NCBI GenBank assembly: GCA_049666745.1
Contig: JBATHL010000032.1
Span: forward strand, 1 to 37,965
Length of the DNA: 37,965 nt
Direction: 5' to 3'
Source: Gammaproteobacteria bacterium
Lineage (GTDB): Bacteria > Pseudomonadota > Gammaproteobacteria > GCA-001735895
Below are positions 8,483-17,122 of this stretch, piece after piece. The position numbers were made by a program, and so were the translations under genes. The stretch's first letter is position 1, and each line of letters opens with the position of its first letter. The notes under the pieces are model-generated. The model saw only the letters and a program-made list of their open reading frames with translations. It was not told the origin of the DNA and ran no database searches.

Positions 8483-9049
8483 ATGGAGCATATTGTGAGT
8501 AAGAAAATTTCACCGATCCCACGCGGTTATCGCACCGCTACCACCTGTTTAACTGTTTACAATGTCGATGCCGCGCTGGCGTTTTACCAGGCTGCTTTCG
8601 GTGCTGAAATGTTAACCCGCCTTGTTGGCACTGACGAGGCACCTGCAATGCATGCCACTATGAAGATCGGCAACAGCATTATAGCCCTAAACCAGCAAGC
8701 ACCCGAGCAAGGTGTTTATTCGCCAATCAGCGTGGGTGCATCCGCCAGTCAGATTCACCTGTATGTCGATGATGTCGACGCCAGCTGGGAACGCGCTATT
8801 GAAGCCGGCGCTATCGTGCATACGCCTGTTTACGAAGCTTTCTGGGGCGATCGCACCGGAATTCTGCAAGATGGTAATGGTCACTTATGGTCTATTGCCA
8901 GTAAGATCGAAAATGTAAGCCAGGAAGAAGTTGCACGTCGCGCACGCGCTGGTTTCGAATTCGAAGCAGCCTTACCTGTTGACGCTGAAGTTCCATATGC
9001 GGCGCCTTCGGCTCAGGAAGCACTTGCAGACCAAACCGTAGCTGCATAA
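8483..9049 (+). CDS. VOC family protein (glyoxalase/bleomycin-resistance/PhnB-like)
   Basis: IPRGYRTATTCLTVYNVDAALAFYQAAFGAEM...MHATMKIGNSIIALN...IHLYVDDVDASWERAIEAGAIV...FWGDRTGILQDGNGHLWSIA is typical of PhnB-type VOC proteins. An acidic, low-complexity C-terminal tail follows. Confidence 0.75.
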   Translation: MEHIVSKKISPIPRGYRTATTCLTVYNVDAALAFYQAAFGAEMLTRLVGTDEAPAMHATMKIGNSIIALNQQAPEQGVYSPISVGASASQIHLYVDDVDASWERAIEAGAIVHTPVYEAFWGDRTGILQDGNGHLWSIASKIENVSQEEVARRARAGFEFEAALPVDAEVPYAAPSAQEALADQTVAA

Positions 9050-9064
9050 GCTAGATGTTACCAG

Positions 9065-9095
9065 GGGCCGGAAGCAATTCCGGCCCGTTAGTTTC
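9065..9095 (+). terminator. candidate intrinsic terminator after the VOC gene
   Basis: A perfect 9-bp GC-rich stem, GGGCCGGAA (9065-9073) / TTCCGGCCC (9078-9086), has a GCAA tetraloop and is followed by a moderately T-rich gttagtttcc. Confidence 0.45.
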
Positions 9096-9110
9096 CAAAA
9101 CGGGCAGATA

Positions 9111-10493
9111 TTGAAAACAACAGCAATTGAACAACTAGATGCTTTGCGTACTGGCCAGACCAGTGCGACCGAGTTGCTCGAACAGACCATCGCACGCGCC
9201 GATGATCTTACGCCACATTTGAATCCGTTTGCGCTGACCCTGTATAGTCGCGCGCGCCAGGCGGCGCAGGAAGCCGACAGGAAATTAGCTGCCGGCAAGG
9301 GTGGACGCTTATGCGGGCTACCGATAACGATCAAGGATTCCCAGTTCCTGGCGGGTTATACTTGCGCCAATGGCTCGCATGTCCTGAGTGATTTTGTTCC
9401 TACCGAAACCTGCCGTGCCATCGAGTTGCTCGAGCAGGAAGATGCCATCGTCATGGCCAAGACAACCTGCCCCGAATTCAGCCTCACCGGTGTAACGCAT
9501 TCTGATATGTATGGTTTGACGTCGAATCCCTGGGATATCGGGCGAACCTGTGGAGGCTCGTCGGGTGGTGCCGCGGTAGCCGTTGCTGCTGGACTTGGCG
9601 TCTTTTCACTGGGCGGTGACGGGGGTGGTTCGATTCGTATTCCGGCTGGATTTTGCGGTATAGTCGGTTTCAAACCGAGTTTTGGCGCTATTCCCCGTGA
9701 TCCCTGTTTCCCTTCCTGGCAATCGATAGTGTCCTACGGGCCGATGACACGCAGTGTTGCCGACGCGCGGATGTTTTTCGACATCTTGAGTCCGGATTTC
9801 AGTCAACCGGATGAGTTGCCTGATGCCGACGCGGCGATAATTTACTCTGAAGATCTGGGTTTTGCGCCTGTCGACACCGATGTGCGTGAAGCTTTTCGTA
9901 ATGTCATCGACAAGCTGGAGAAATCAGGTTTCAAACTGGTTAATGATAGTCCGGGACTACAGTCATCGGTAGTCACCTGGGCGGTTACCGCCTGTTACGA
10001 TGCGGCCGAGCACGCGCGAGGTAGCGCCTACAATCTGGATTACCTGGGCGAGGTGGCGAAAGGTTTTATCGACTTTGGCGAGCAGTTCAGCGCTGATGAT
10101 TTCGATGAGGCTCAGGCCCACCGAAAGGTGATTCGTGAACACTACAACAAACTGTTCGAGCGTCACGGAGCGCGCATATTGCTGACGCCGACGCTGGGCT
10201 GCGAAGCATTTCCACATGGCACGATTCATCCGCGTAAAATCGATGACACGCATATCGAGTTGCCCTGGCTGGACTGGGCGAGTTTTCTCTATGATGCCAA
10301 CCTGGTGGGTATGCCTGCCTGCGCTATTCCGATGGGAATCGGTGATCAAGGCCTGCCTTTGTCGCTGCAGATAATTGGGCCCGAAGGCAGTGATTACGAA
10401 GTACTACGAGTCGCCGAAGCTATTGAGCAGCTCATCGGCTGGGATAACTCGATTGTGACCCCGGCCTGCGGGCCACTGGATCAAACTGCCTAA
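9111..10493 (+). CDS. amidase signature (AS) family amidase (GatA-like)
   Basis: The Ser-cisSer-Lys triad context is visible: PITIKDSQF, CGGSSGGAAVAVAAG, GGDGGGSIRIPAGFCG. TTG 9111 is the only upstream start. The substrate is unknown. Confidence 0.85.
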   Translation: MKTTAIEQLDALRTGQTSATELLEQTIARADDLTPHLNPFALTLYSRARQAAQEADRKLAAGKGGRLCGLPITIKDSQFLAGYTCANGSHVLSDFVPTETCRAIELLEQEDAIVMAKTTCPEFSLTGVTHSDMYGLTSNPWDIGRTCGGSSGGAAVAVAAGLGVFSLGGDGGGSIRIPAGFCGIVGFKPSFGAIPRDPCFPSWQSIVSYGPMTRSVADARMFFDILSPDFSQPDELPDADAAIIYSEDLGFAPVDTDVREAFRNVIDKLEKSGFKLVNDSPGLQSSVVTWAVTACYDAAEHARGSAYNLDYLGEVAKGFIDFGEQFSADDFDEAQAHRKVIREHYNKLFERHGARILLTPTLGCEAFPHGTIHPRKIDDTHIELPWLDWASFLYDANLVGMPACAIPMGIGDQGLPLSLQIIGPEGSDYEVLRVAEAIEQLIGWDNSIVTPACGPLDQTA

Positions 10494-11941
10494 AACAGTT
10501 TCGATCGATATGGATCCTGGTAGAGTTCGGGCACTGCGCTGGGTTCGATACCGTGAAATTCGGCATTAATTGCAGCGGTCCACTGCTTGGCGCGATCGCG
10601 CAATTCGCGTTGTTCGGTTTGCATCCGCCCACGTGAAACGATAATCCCGAGATCCGCCCCCTTGTAGGTATAGTCACCTTCGCGATAAACCCGCAGGTAA
10701 TAGGCTTCGTCGTTGTCGATTACGTTGGTCCAGTCGAGGTCGCTACGATCGAAGTTGATGCCGCCGTACTTGTCCATTCGCCATACCCCGCTTTGCGGTG
10801 CATGCGTGAGTTGCCTTACCTTGTCCTCGGTTTGTTTCAACACCAGCTGGCTCCAGAAGTCGTACTCATTCCAGCGATTTTGCACCTTTCTCAGGTCGAT
10901 CTCGTAATCGACATCGAGGTACTCGAGCATATGAAACAGGAATAATGGAACTCCGCCATAATGCGCGGTAATCAGGTTGGTCAGTGGGCTGGCACCACTA
11001 ATGCGCGGATTAACCTCACCCAGGTAAGGCGTGCCATCGTCGGTATCGAGCAGAAAATCCATGCAAAACACGCCTTTATAACCTTCCTTGTACAGACGGT
11101 CGCCCAGGTTGGCGGCCATGTTACGCAGCTCGCGCCGAATTTTTGCATTGAAAATCTTGGGCCAGACGTCGTTGCCGCACCAGCCACCCTTGTAAGGGGT
11201 AATTTCTTCGAATCCGGTGATGTCGGTTTGAATTGGTCCGGAAAGTGTGCCATGCCGGGTGACGCACACTTCGAGCGTCCCGGGCATATGATTGATACGT
11301 TTCATGATTTTCAGCTGTTCGTCTTTCATGTCGTCGGCATTCTTGTTCCAGTCAGCCTCTGATTTGATGAAAAACGTGGTGCGCCCCGAGTCGCCATAGG
11401 GGGTCTGGACAACCAGGTCATTACCCAGTTTGCCCTTTTTTGCGACCTTCATCAGTTCCTCGAAACTGTCTGCCTTGCCAAGTACGTTCGGTGCACTATC
11501 GATTCCGGCTTCATTGGCGAGCCGCGTGAGCTCGATCTTTGAATCCAGCTTATTACGCAGCGCCACCGGGGGTAGTGCGATATCGACGCCAAGATCGCTG
11601 CAGATTTCCTCGGTTTTTTCATCGAGCATGACGAAAAGCAGTTTGGCAGGACCGTGGCCTGCTTTCCTGATCTTATCGATGACTTCCTTGTGCTGCAGCA
11701 TGTAATTACAGACGTCTTCCATTGACTCGAACTCGGCATGGCTTTTTTCTTCGGGTACGAAGACGCGTGGGTGCATACCGTCAAAGGAGTCGAAATAATT
11801 GATATGAAAAAAACGGTTTACAAATTTCTCCACGCCGAGCAAATTAAACGCGGTCGGTGAAACGAAGAAAATAGGCGTTTCATTACGTCGGAAATAAGTC
11901 AGGATGTCGGATAAACCGCGTACTTTGGCGTTTCTGGCCAT
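10490..11941 (-). CDS. ATP-grasp fold carboxylate-amine/thiol ligase of unknown specificity
   Basis: The start is taken at ATG 11941 (MARNAKVRGLSD...); the track's 11995 start adds 18 hydrophobic residues. ATP-grasp hallmarks are LVVQTPYGDSGRTTFFI and MDFLLDTDDGTPYLGEVNPRISGASP (the E-x-N Mg-ATP motif). Its stop overlaps the amidase stop by 4 nt (convergent). Confidence 0.75.
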   Translation of the reverse strand: MARNAKVRGLSDILTYFRRNETPIFFVSPTAFNLLGVEKFVNRFFHINYFDSFDGMHPRVFVPEEKSHAEFESMEDVCNYMLQHKEVIDKIRKAGHGPAKLLFVMLDEKTEEICSDLGVDIALPPVALRNKLDSKIELTRLANEAGIDSAPNVLGKADSFEELMKVAKKGKLGNDLVVQTPYGDSGRTTFFIKSEADWNKNADDMKDEQLKIMKRINHMPGTLEVCVTRHGTLSGPIQTDITGFEEITPYKGGWCGNDVWPKIFNAKIRRELRNMAANLGDRLYKEGYKGVFCMDFLLDTDDGTPYLGEVNPRISGASPLTNLITAHYGGVPLFLFHMLEYLDVDYEIDLRKVQNRWNEYDFWSQLVLKQTEDKVRQLTHAPQSGVWRMDKYGGINFDRSDLDWTNVIDNDEAYYLRVYREGDYTYKGADLGIIVSRGRMQTEQRELRDRAKQWTAAINAEFHGIEPSAVPELYQDPYRSKLF

Positions 11942-12044
11942 GTCTTTACCTATCAGGGTGAAATCATAAAAAATCGCTAACAGGGTAACGATCATATAGG
12001 ATTAGCGTGTCCAGCGCACATCGTTAAACAGGTATCAATTAAAC

Positions 12045-13595
12045 ATGAACCGATCTAGTCGTCGGCGTCGACGCCAGGCACCTGCCGAAGCACCAGTAGC
12101 TGTGCATCAGTTAGAACGCAAGGTCTTGCGCAATCGTTTTGCACCTCTCGAAGCTCTGGACGAAGAGCAGCTCGATTTTATTCACGATGTCTCGCTGCGA
12201 ATCGTCGAAGAAGAGGGCATAGAGGTAATGGGTGACATGGCCCTGGATTTACTTCGCAAGGCGGGTGCAAGTGTGGATGAGCAGGGGGTGGTACGCATGG
12301 AACGGGGACTGTTGCTCGACACCGTTGCCCAGGCACCCGAGACTTTCGAGGTCACCCCGCGTAATCCAGAACAGACCCTGCTGGTGGGTGGCAACATAAT
12401 CAATTTCGGGCTGGTGTCGGGAACGCCAAATGTGCACGACAATATCAATGGAAGACGCGCGGGCAATCTTGAAGATTACAAGAAACTGATCAGTTTCGGG
12501 CAGTACTTCAATGTGCTGACATTTTTTGGTAACCAGGCTACCGCACCGACCGAAATGCCGGCGAACTCACGTCACCTGGACACCACTTTCATTAATTTAA
12601 CGCTTTCCGACAAGCCTTTTTTCGCCACCGGAATAGGAGGAGGGCGCGCCCGTGATGCCATAGAAATGACTGCGATCGCGCGTGGACTGAGCATGGAGGA
12701 AATGAAGTCCAGCCCGAGTGTAATGACCAACATCAACGTCAATTCTCCGCGCAAGCTGGACGACGCTATGGCTTACGGAGCAATGCAGATGGCGCTGTTT
12801 GGTCAACCGGTTACCGTGACACCGTTTACATTAATGGGTGCCATGACGCCGTCCACCATGGCCGGTGCGCTGGCGCAACAGAACGCGGAAGCGCTGGTCG
12901 GCATCGCGCTGTTACAGTTGACCAATCCGGGTACTCCGGTAGTTTACGGCGGGTTTACCTCCAATGTCGATATGCGCTCGGGTTCGCCTGCTTTCGGCAC
13001 GCCTGAGAACGCGCTCGCCAATATCGCCGGCGGCCAGCTGGCGCGCAAATACAAGCTGCCTTATCGCAGTAGCGCCTGCAACGCGTCCAACGCGGTCGAT
13101 GCACAGGCCACCTATGAAACCCAGATGGCACTCTGGGGTGCGGTCATGGGTTATGGCAATTTGATTTATCACACTGCCGGATGGCTCGAAGGTGGCCTGG
13201 TTGCATCCTTCGAGAAACTGGTTATCGATTGCGAAATGCTGCAGCACATGAGCAAGATGCTCGAACCGCTCAAGATAGATCTGGCGGAAACCGGACTGGA
13301 AGCGATGCGTGAAGTGGGTCCGGGCGGCCATTTCTTCGGTTGCGCACACACCATGGAGCGCTACAAGAACGCGTTTTACGAACCATTTATCAGCGACTGG
13401 CAAAACAGCGAGAACTGGGCTCTGGCCGGTTCCAAGGACGCCACCACCCGGGCCACCGAACTGTGGCCTAAGATTCTCGAAGAGTTTGAGCCCCCGCCCG
13501 TGAATCCGGCAGTCGAGGAAGCTCTGCAGGCCTATATGGCACACCGGAAAGAAGAATTGAAAGGCCAGGAACCCATCACTGAACCCACCGCGTAG
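12045..13595 (+). CDS. trimethylamine methyltransferase (MttB) superfamily protein, non-pyrrolysine type
   Basis: 516 aa with no in-frame TAG. The sequence is MttB-like throughout (LDEEQLDFIHDVSLRIVEEEGIEV...NSRHLD...VTVTPFTLMGAMTPSTMAGALAQQNAEAL...YHTAGWLEGGLVASFEKLVIDCEML...PGGHFFGCAHTMERYKNAFYEP). Confidence 0.85.
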   Translation: MNRSSRRRRRQAPAEAPVAVHQLERKVLRNRFAPLEALDEEQLDFIHDVSLRIVEEEGIEVMGDMALDLLRKAGASVDEQGVVRMERGLLLDTVAQAPETFEVTPRNPEQTLLVGGNIINFGLVSGTPNVHDNINGRRAGNLEDYKKLISFGQYFNVLTFFGNQATAPTEMPANSRHLDTTFINLTLSDKPFFATGIGGGRARDAIEMTAIARGLSMEEMKSSPSVMTNINVNSPRKLDDAMAYGAMQMALFGQPVTVTPFTLMGAMTPSTMAGALAQQNAEALVGIALLQLTNPGTPVVYGGFTSNVDMRSGSPAFGTPENALANIAGGQLARKYKLPYRSSACNASNAVDAQATYETQMALWGAVMGYGNLIYHTAGWLEGGLVASFEKLVIDCEMLQHMSKMLEPLKIDLAETGLEAMREVGPGGHFFGCAHTMERYKNAFYEPFISDWQNSENWALAGSKDATTRATELWPKILEEFEPPPVNPAVEEALQAYMAHRKEELKGQEPITEPTA

Positions 13596-13616
13596 AAAGC
13601 CTGAGTATTGCGGAAA

Positions 13617-14960
13617 CTAGGCTAGAAGTTTTTCCTCGAAAGGATAGCTGATCAGGTTTTCGTAGCCATCTTCGGTGATCAGTACCTGGTCTTCCAGCTT
13701 GACCCCTTCCCTGCCGCCGACTTCGCCGGCGTAAACCTCGACACATATGACCATGCCAGGCTCGAAAACACCTTCATAGCCGTGGGCATCGTAATCCTCG
13801 CGATAGCGAATCGCGGGGTATTCATCGCACAGGCCGACACCATGCATCACCACGCCGTAGCGATTAGGGATACAGTTGTCTGGTAAACGATGCGCCTTTT
13901 CGGTGATCTCGCTGAACCTGACCCCGGGCTTGAGCAGCTCCATGTTGGTCATAATGTGTTCGTAAGACATCTGGTAGATGCGCTTTTGATCGGCGGTGGG
14001 CTCGACATCTCCGCACAGCCAGGTGCGCGAGATATCACAACACATGCCGTAGGTGCCGACCATGTCGGTATCGAGTGCGAGTAGTTCGCCATCGGCGATG
14101 ATGCGCGGCCCCGATTCCTGGAACCATGGGTTGGTGCGTGGCCCCGATGAAAATATTCGTGTTTCAAGCCACTCGCCGCCGCGTTTTATATTGCCCGCAT
14201 GCAACACCGACCAGATTTCATTTTCGCTTTTGCCGGCTTCGACGGCATCCTGCATTTCGTACATCGCGGCTTCGCAGGCGGCAATCGCGCAACGCATCGC
14301 CCTGATTTCGTCCGGGCCCTTGATGACCCGGGCCTCCTCGGTAACCGGCTGCCCTTCGAACACTTGAAACCCGACCTTTTCGAGCGCGCGCAGCCCGGCG
14401 ATTTCGATTTTATCGACCGCCAGGCGCCGATTCTCGCCTGCATGGGTGCGCATCAACTCGTCGATACTATTGGCGAATTTCAGCGCATGCTCTTCGCCCC
14501 GATTTGCTGACTCGAAGTAAAAAAACGATGCACCACTGCGCAACTCTTTTACCAGCGGCAGATGATCGGAAAGGTGGTCGCAACTGTGAAAATCGAACAG
14601 CACCATGTAGCCATCCGCCGAGACAAAGCAGGCGCGCGCCGGGTTATGAGTGATCCACAGTTGCATGTTGGTGGAATCAGTGGCGTAGCGAATATTCAGT
14701 GGATCGAATAATACGATGCCGCCGTAGTCGTGTTTTTGCAGTTCCTTTACCAGGCGTTGCAGACGGAATTCGCGCATCGAGTCGAGCTGCGGGCATTCGA
14801 GGCCAAGCGATTCCCATTCGGCGAACGCGAGTGCGGTCGGCCCGATCTCGACGCGATCATTGTCATCGGGTGAACCGTCCGGCTTCAATGCGAATTCCGG
14901 TTTGCGGCCGGGATCGATCTTGCGATCAGAGCTGTCGATGGAATAGGGATTGGCGGCCAT
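13617..14960 (-). CDS. dddP: M24-fold metalloenzyme, DddP-like (candidate dimethylsulfoniopropionate lyase)
   Basis: 447 aa. Blocks I recall from DddP are present: FDPLNIRYATDSTNMQLW, KGPDEIRAMRCA, GGEW.ETR, KLEDQVLITEDGYENL. D297/D299/D309/H373/D379/E408/E423 sit at exactly +2 relative to the DddP metal and catalytic residues as I remember them (D295/D297/D307/H371/D377/E406/E421). This is recognised from memory and not searched. Confidence 0.6.
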   Translation of the reverse strand: MAANPYSIDSSDRKIDPGRKPEFALKPDGSPDDNDRVEIGPTALAFAEWESLGLECPQLDSMREFRLQRLVKELQKHDYGGIVLFDPLNIRYATDSTNMQLWITHNPARACFVSADGYMVLFDFHSCDHLSDHLPLVKELRSGASFFYFESANRGEEHALKFANSIDELMRTHAGENRRLAVDKIEIAGLRALEKVGFQVFEGQPVTEEARVIKGPDEIRAMRCAIAACEAAMYEMQDAVEAGKSENEIWSVLHAGNIKRGGEWLETRIFSSGPRTNPWFQESGPRIIADGELLALDTDMVGTYGMCCDISRTWLCGDVEPTADQKRIYQMSYEHIMTNMELLKPGVRFSEITEKAHRLPDNCIPNRYGVVMHGVGLCDEYPAIRYREDYDAHGYEGVFEPGMVICVEVYAGEVGGREGVKLEDQVLITEDGYENLISYPFEEKLLA

Positions 14961-15071
14961 GAGTAAGTCTCAATAGGGAAAACCTGACTGTCTCAAGAAT
15001 ACGGGATTATTGGTGTTATGATAAATCTTTTTTTGTTGACTTTGGTCTTTAATTTTATCAGCAGGGTTTAG

Positions 15072-16220
15072 ATGAAAAACGATATCACATCCTCCATGGA
15101 GTCCCGCATCGCGCAGGCCTGTCACTATGTTGACGAGGTGAGCGGAGGGATTAGTCCACCGTTACAATTTTCGACCACTTATGCCAGAGACCAGGACTAT
15201 GCGCATATCGGCAACTACAGTTATAGCCGTGCCGGTAATCCTTCCTGGGAAGTGCTGGAAAAAGTTTGCGCGGAACTCGATGGAGGGGCGGATGCAAAGT
15301 GCTTTGCTTCGGGTATGGCGGCGGTTTGCGCGTTTTTCGAAACCGTGAATACCGGCGAACACGTGGTCGCACCGCGTGTCATGTACCACGGTGCACAGGA
15401 CTGGATACGGCGCATTTCGGAAAAACGCGCGATAGGACTAAGCCTGTTCGATGCGGGAGATATCGAGGAGTTGCGGCGCGCGGTTCAGCCCGGCAAGACG
15501 TCCGTGGTCTGGATCGAGTCACCGGTAAATCCAACCTGGGACGTCATCGATATTGCGCTGGCGGCCGAGATTGCGCACCAGGCAGGCGCGATACTGGCGG
15601 TCGACGGCACCGTTACATCTCCGGTGACGACACGGGCACTGGAACACGGGGCCGATATTGTATTCCACTCCGCTACGAAGTACCTCAATGGTCATAGTGA
15701 TGTGGTCGCGGGAATCCTGGTAACGGCGAAACGGGACGAACGCTGGGAAGAAATCAAGCTGGTACGGACCCTGACTGGCGGCATTCTCGGTCCCTTCGAG
15801 GCCTGGTTATTATTGCGTGGCATGCGAACCCTGTTTGTACGTTTCGAGAAGGCGTCACAGAGCGCGTTGCGCCTGGCACGGCATTTCGAAGGCCATCCGC
15901 GGCTGCAGCGGGTGCTGTATCCCGGCCTGGAAAGTCATCCCGGACATGAAATCGCCAAAAGACAGATGACACAGGGCTTCGGTGGGATGTTATCATTACT
16001 GGTCGAAGGGGGCGCCGATGAAGCAAAACGTATCGCCGGGAAAACCCGGTTGTTCGTACGCGCCACGTCGCTAGGTGGTGTTGAAAGCCTGATCGAACAT
16101 CGTGCTTCGGTGGAAGGACCGCTTAGTGAAGTGCCGCAAAACCTGCTGCGCCTGTCAATTGGTATCGAAAATTGTCGGGATTTGATAAACGATCTTGAGC
16201 AGAGCCTGGACGCGCTCTAA
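15072..16220 (+). CDS. Cys/Met-metabolism PLP-dependent enzyme (cystathionine gamma-synthase / beta-lyase / methionine gamma-lyase family)
   Basis: YSRAGNPSWEVLE, the PLP-lysine motif HSATKYLNGHSDVVAG, and the C-terminal SLGGVESLIEH...LLRLSIGIE are family signatures. It is divergent from the DddP-like gene. Confidence 0.85.
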   Translation: MKNDITSSMESRIAQACHYVDEVSGGISPPLQFSTTYARDQDYAHIGNYSYSRAGNPSWEVLEKVCAELDGGADAKCFASGMAAVCAFFETVNTGEHVVAPRVMYHGAQDWIRRISEKRAIGLSLFDAGDIEELRRAVQPGKTSVVWIESPVNPTWDVIDIALAAEIAHQAGAILAVDGTVTSPVTTRALEHGADIVFHSATKYLNGHSDVVAGILVTAKRDERWEEIKLVRTLTGGILGPFEAWLLLRGMRTLFVRFEKASQSALRLARHFEGHPRLQRVLYPGLESHPGHEIAKRQMTQGFGGMLSLLVEGGADEAKRIAGKTRLFVRATSLGGVESLIEHRASVEGPLSEVPQNLLRLSIGIENCRDLINDLEQSLDAL

Positions 16221-16238
16221 AAACCAGAGGAAAAAAGT

Positions 16239-16502
16239 ATGTCAGTTGAAAGCTCCATTGAAAATACAGCCAGCGAGATTATGTCGGCGTTGGCGACCCA
16301 TGACCTGTCAGACGCCGAAAAAGAGCAAATTACGCAAATCGTGAGCCAGTTGCTGGTAAAGACCGTTGAAAAAACAACCAAGAACCACCTGAAGACGACG
16401 GCTAACTGCTGCGGACCGGAGCTTGACCTGGCGCACCAGATCAGTGAAGAAGTCAATCGCCAGAAACAGCTGTTGATTTCAAACCTGAAAGCATTGCGAT
16501 AA
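16239..16502 (+). CDS. hypothetical small protein (87 aa)
   Basis: ATG 16239 lies 18 nt after the PLP-enzyme stop and has an upstream GAGGA SD (16227-16231). The protein is predicted helical and acidic at the N-terminus, with a CC pair (TTANCCGPELD). I recognise no domain. Confidence 0.55.
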   Translation: MSVESSIENTASEIMSALATHDLSDAEKEQITQIVSQLLVKTVEKTTKNHLKTTANCCGPELDLAHQISEEVNRQKQLLISNLKALR

Positions 16503-16513
16503 CTTAAGCGCTG

Positions 16514-17122
16514 TTAATCGCGTTCAAATTCATGACAGGCGTGCTCGATGGCGTGGGCGAACGAACGCGCGAGACTGCGAATCACGAATAAATCGTAAGT
16601 CGGTATATCGTCAACCTGTACGATAGTGGCGTTCATATGCGCCACCGAAGTCATTGCACACCTGCCCGGCCCGAAGGCGCGCGGATGCAGATCGATCGCG
16701 GTATTTTTCGCCATCACCTGGCGGGCGCGGGCACCGCTTAAACGTAAGCCACAACGACCGTGACTCTGGTCGACAACTGCGCCGAGATCCCCCACGGCGA
16801 CCTGCAGTGTCTGCAGCAACTCACCGGCTGCGCGACCGCTTTCTGCATCACTGGCGATAATCATCCAGCTATTGGGGCCATTCCAGCAAACCTGGGTAGG
16901 CCCATCGGAACTACATACCCCGGGTTCGGTCGAGCATTCAACCCCCAGCGCCTTGCCGATTGCCGTCGCGGCGTCCAGGTGTTTGCCGGTGAAGGTCAGT
17001 ACCTGGATTGTGGTCAGCGCCTTGCGTTCGGTCAGGCGAACATTCGCGAAATCGACGATGCTATCGCCTGCGATCGGTAACAATGGTGACTGGCGTACCG
17101 GTAAGTCTTGTTTATCAGGCAC
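16514..17122 (-). CDS. soxG: sarcosine oxidase gamma subunit
   Basis: It is last in the soxBDAG order and SoxG-like (…RQSPL…WNGPNSWMIIA…VDQSHGRCGLRLSGARARQVMAKNTAIDLHP…). I place the start at GTG 17122, with AAGGAG 10 nt upstream and an 8-nt overlap with soxA, not at the track's 17221. Confidence 0.8.
   Translation of the reverse strand: MPDKQDLPVRQSPLLPIAGDSIVDFANVRLTERKALTTIQVLTFTGKHLDAATAIGKALGVECSTEPGVCSSDGPTQVCWNGPNSWMIIASDAESGRAAGELLQTLQVAVGDLGAVVDQSHGRCGLRLSGARARQVMAKNTAIDLHPRAFGPGRCAMTSVAHMNATIVQVDDIPTYDLFVIRSLARSFAHAIEHACHEFERD

Noticed and set aside
12045-13595. Possible pyrrolysine (in-frame UAG) recoding in the MttB homologue.
   Set aside because: The ORF is continuous over 516 codons with no internal TAG, and no pyl genes are in the window.
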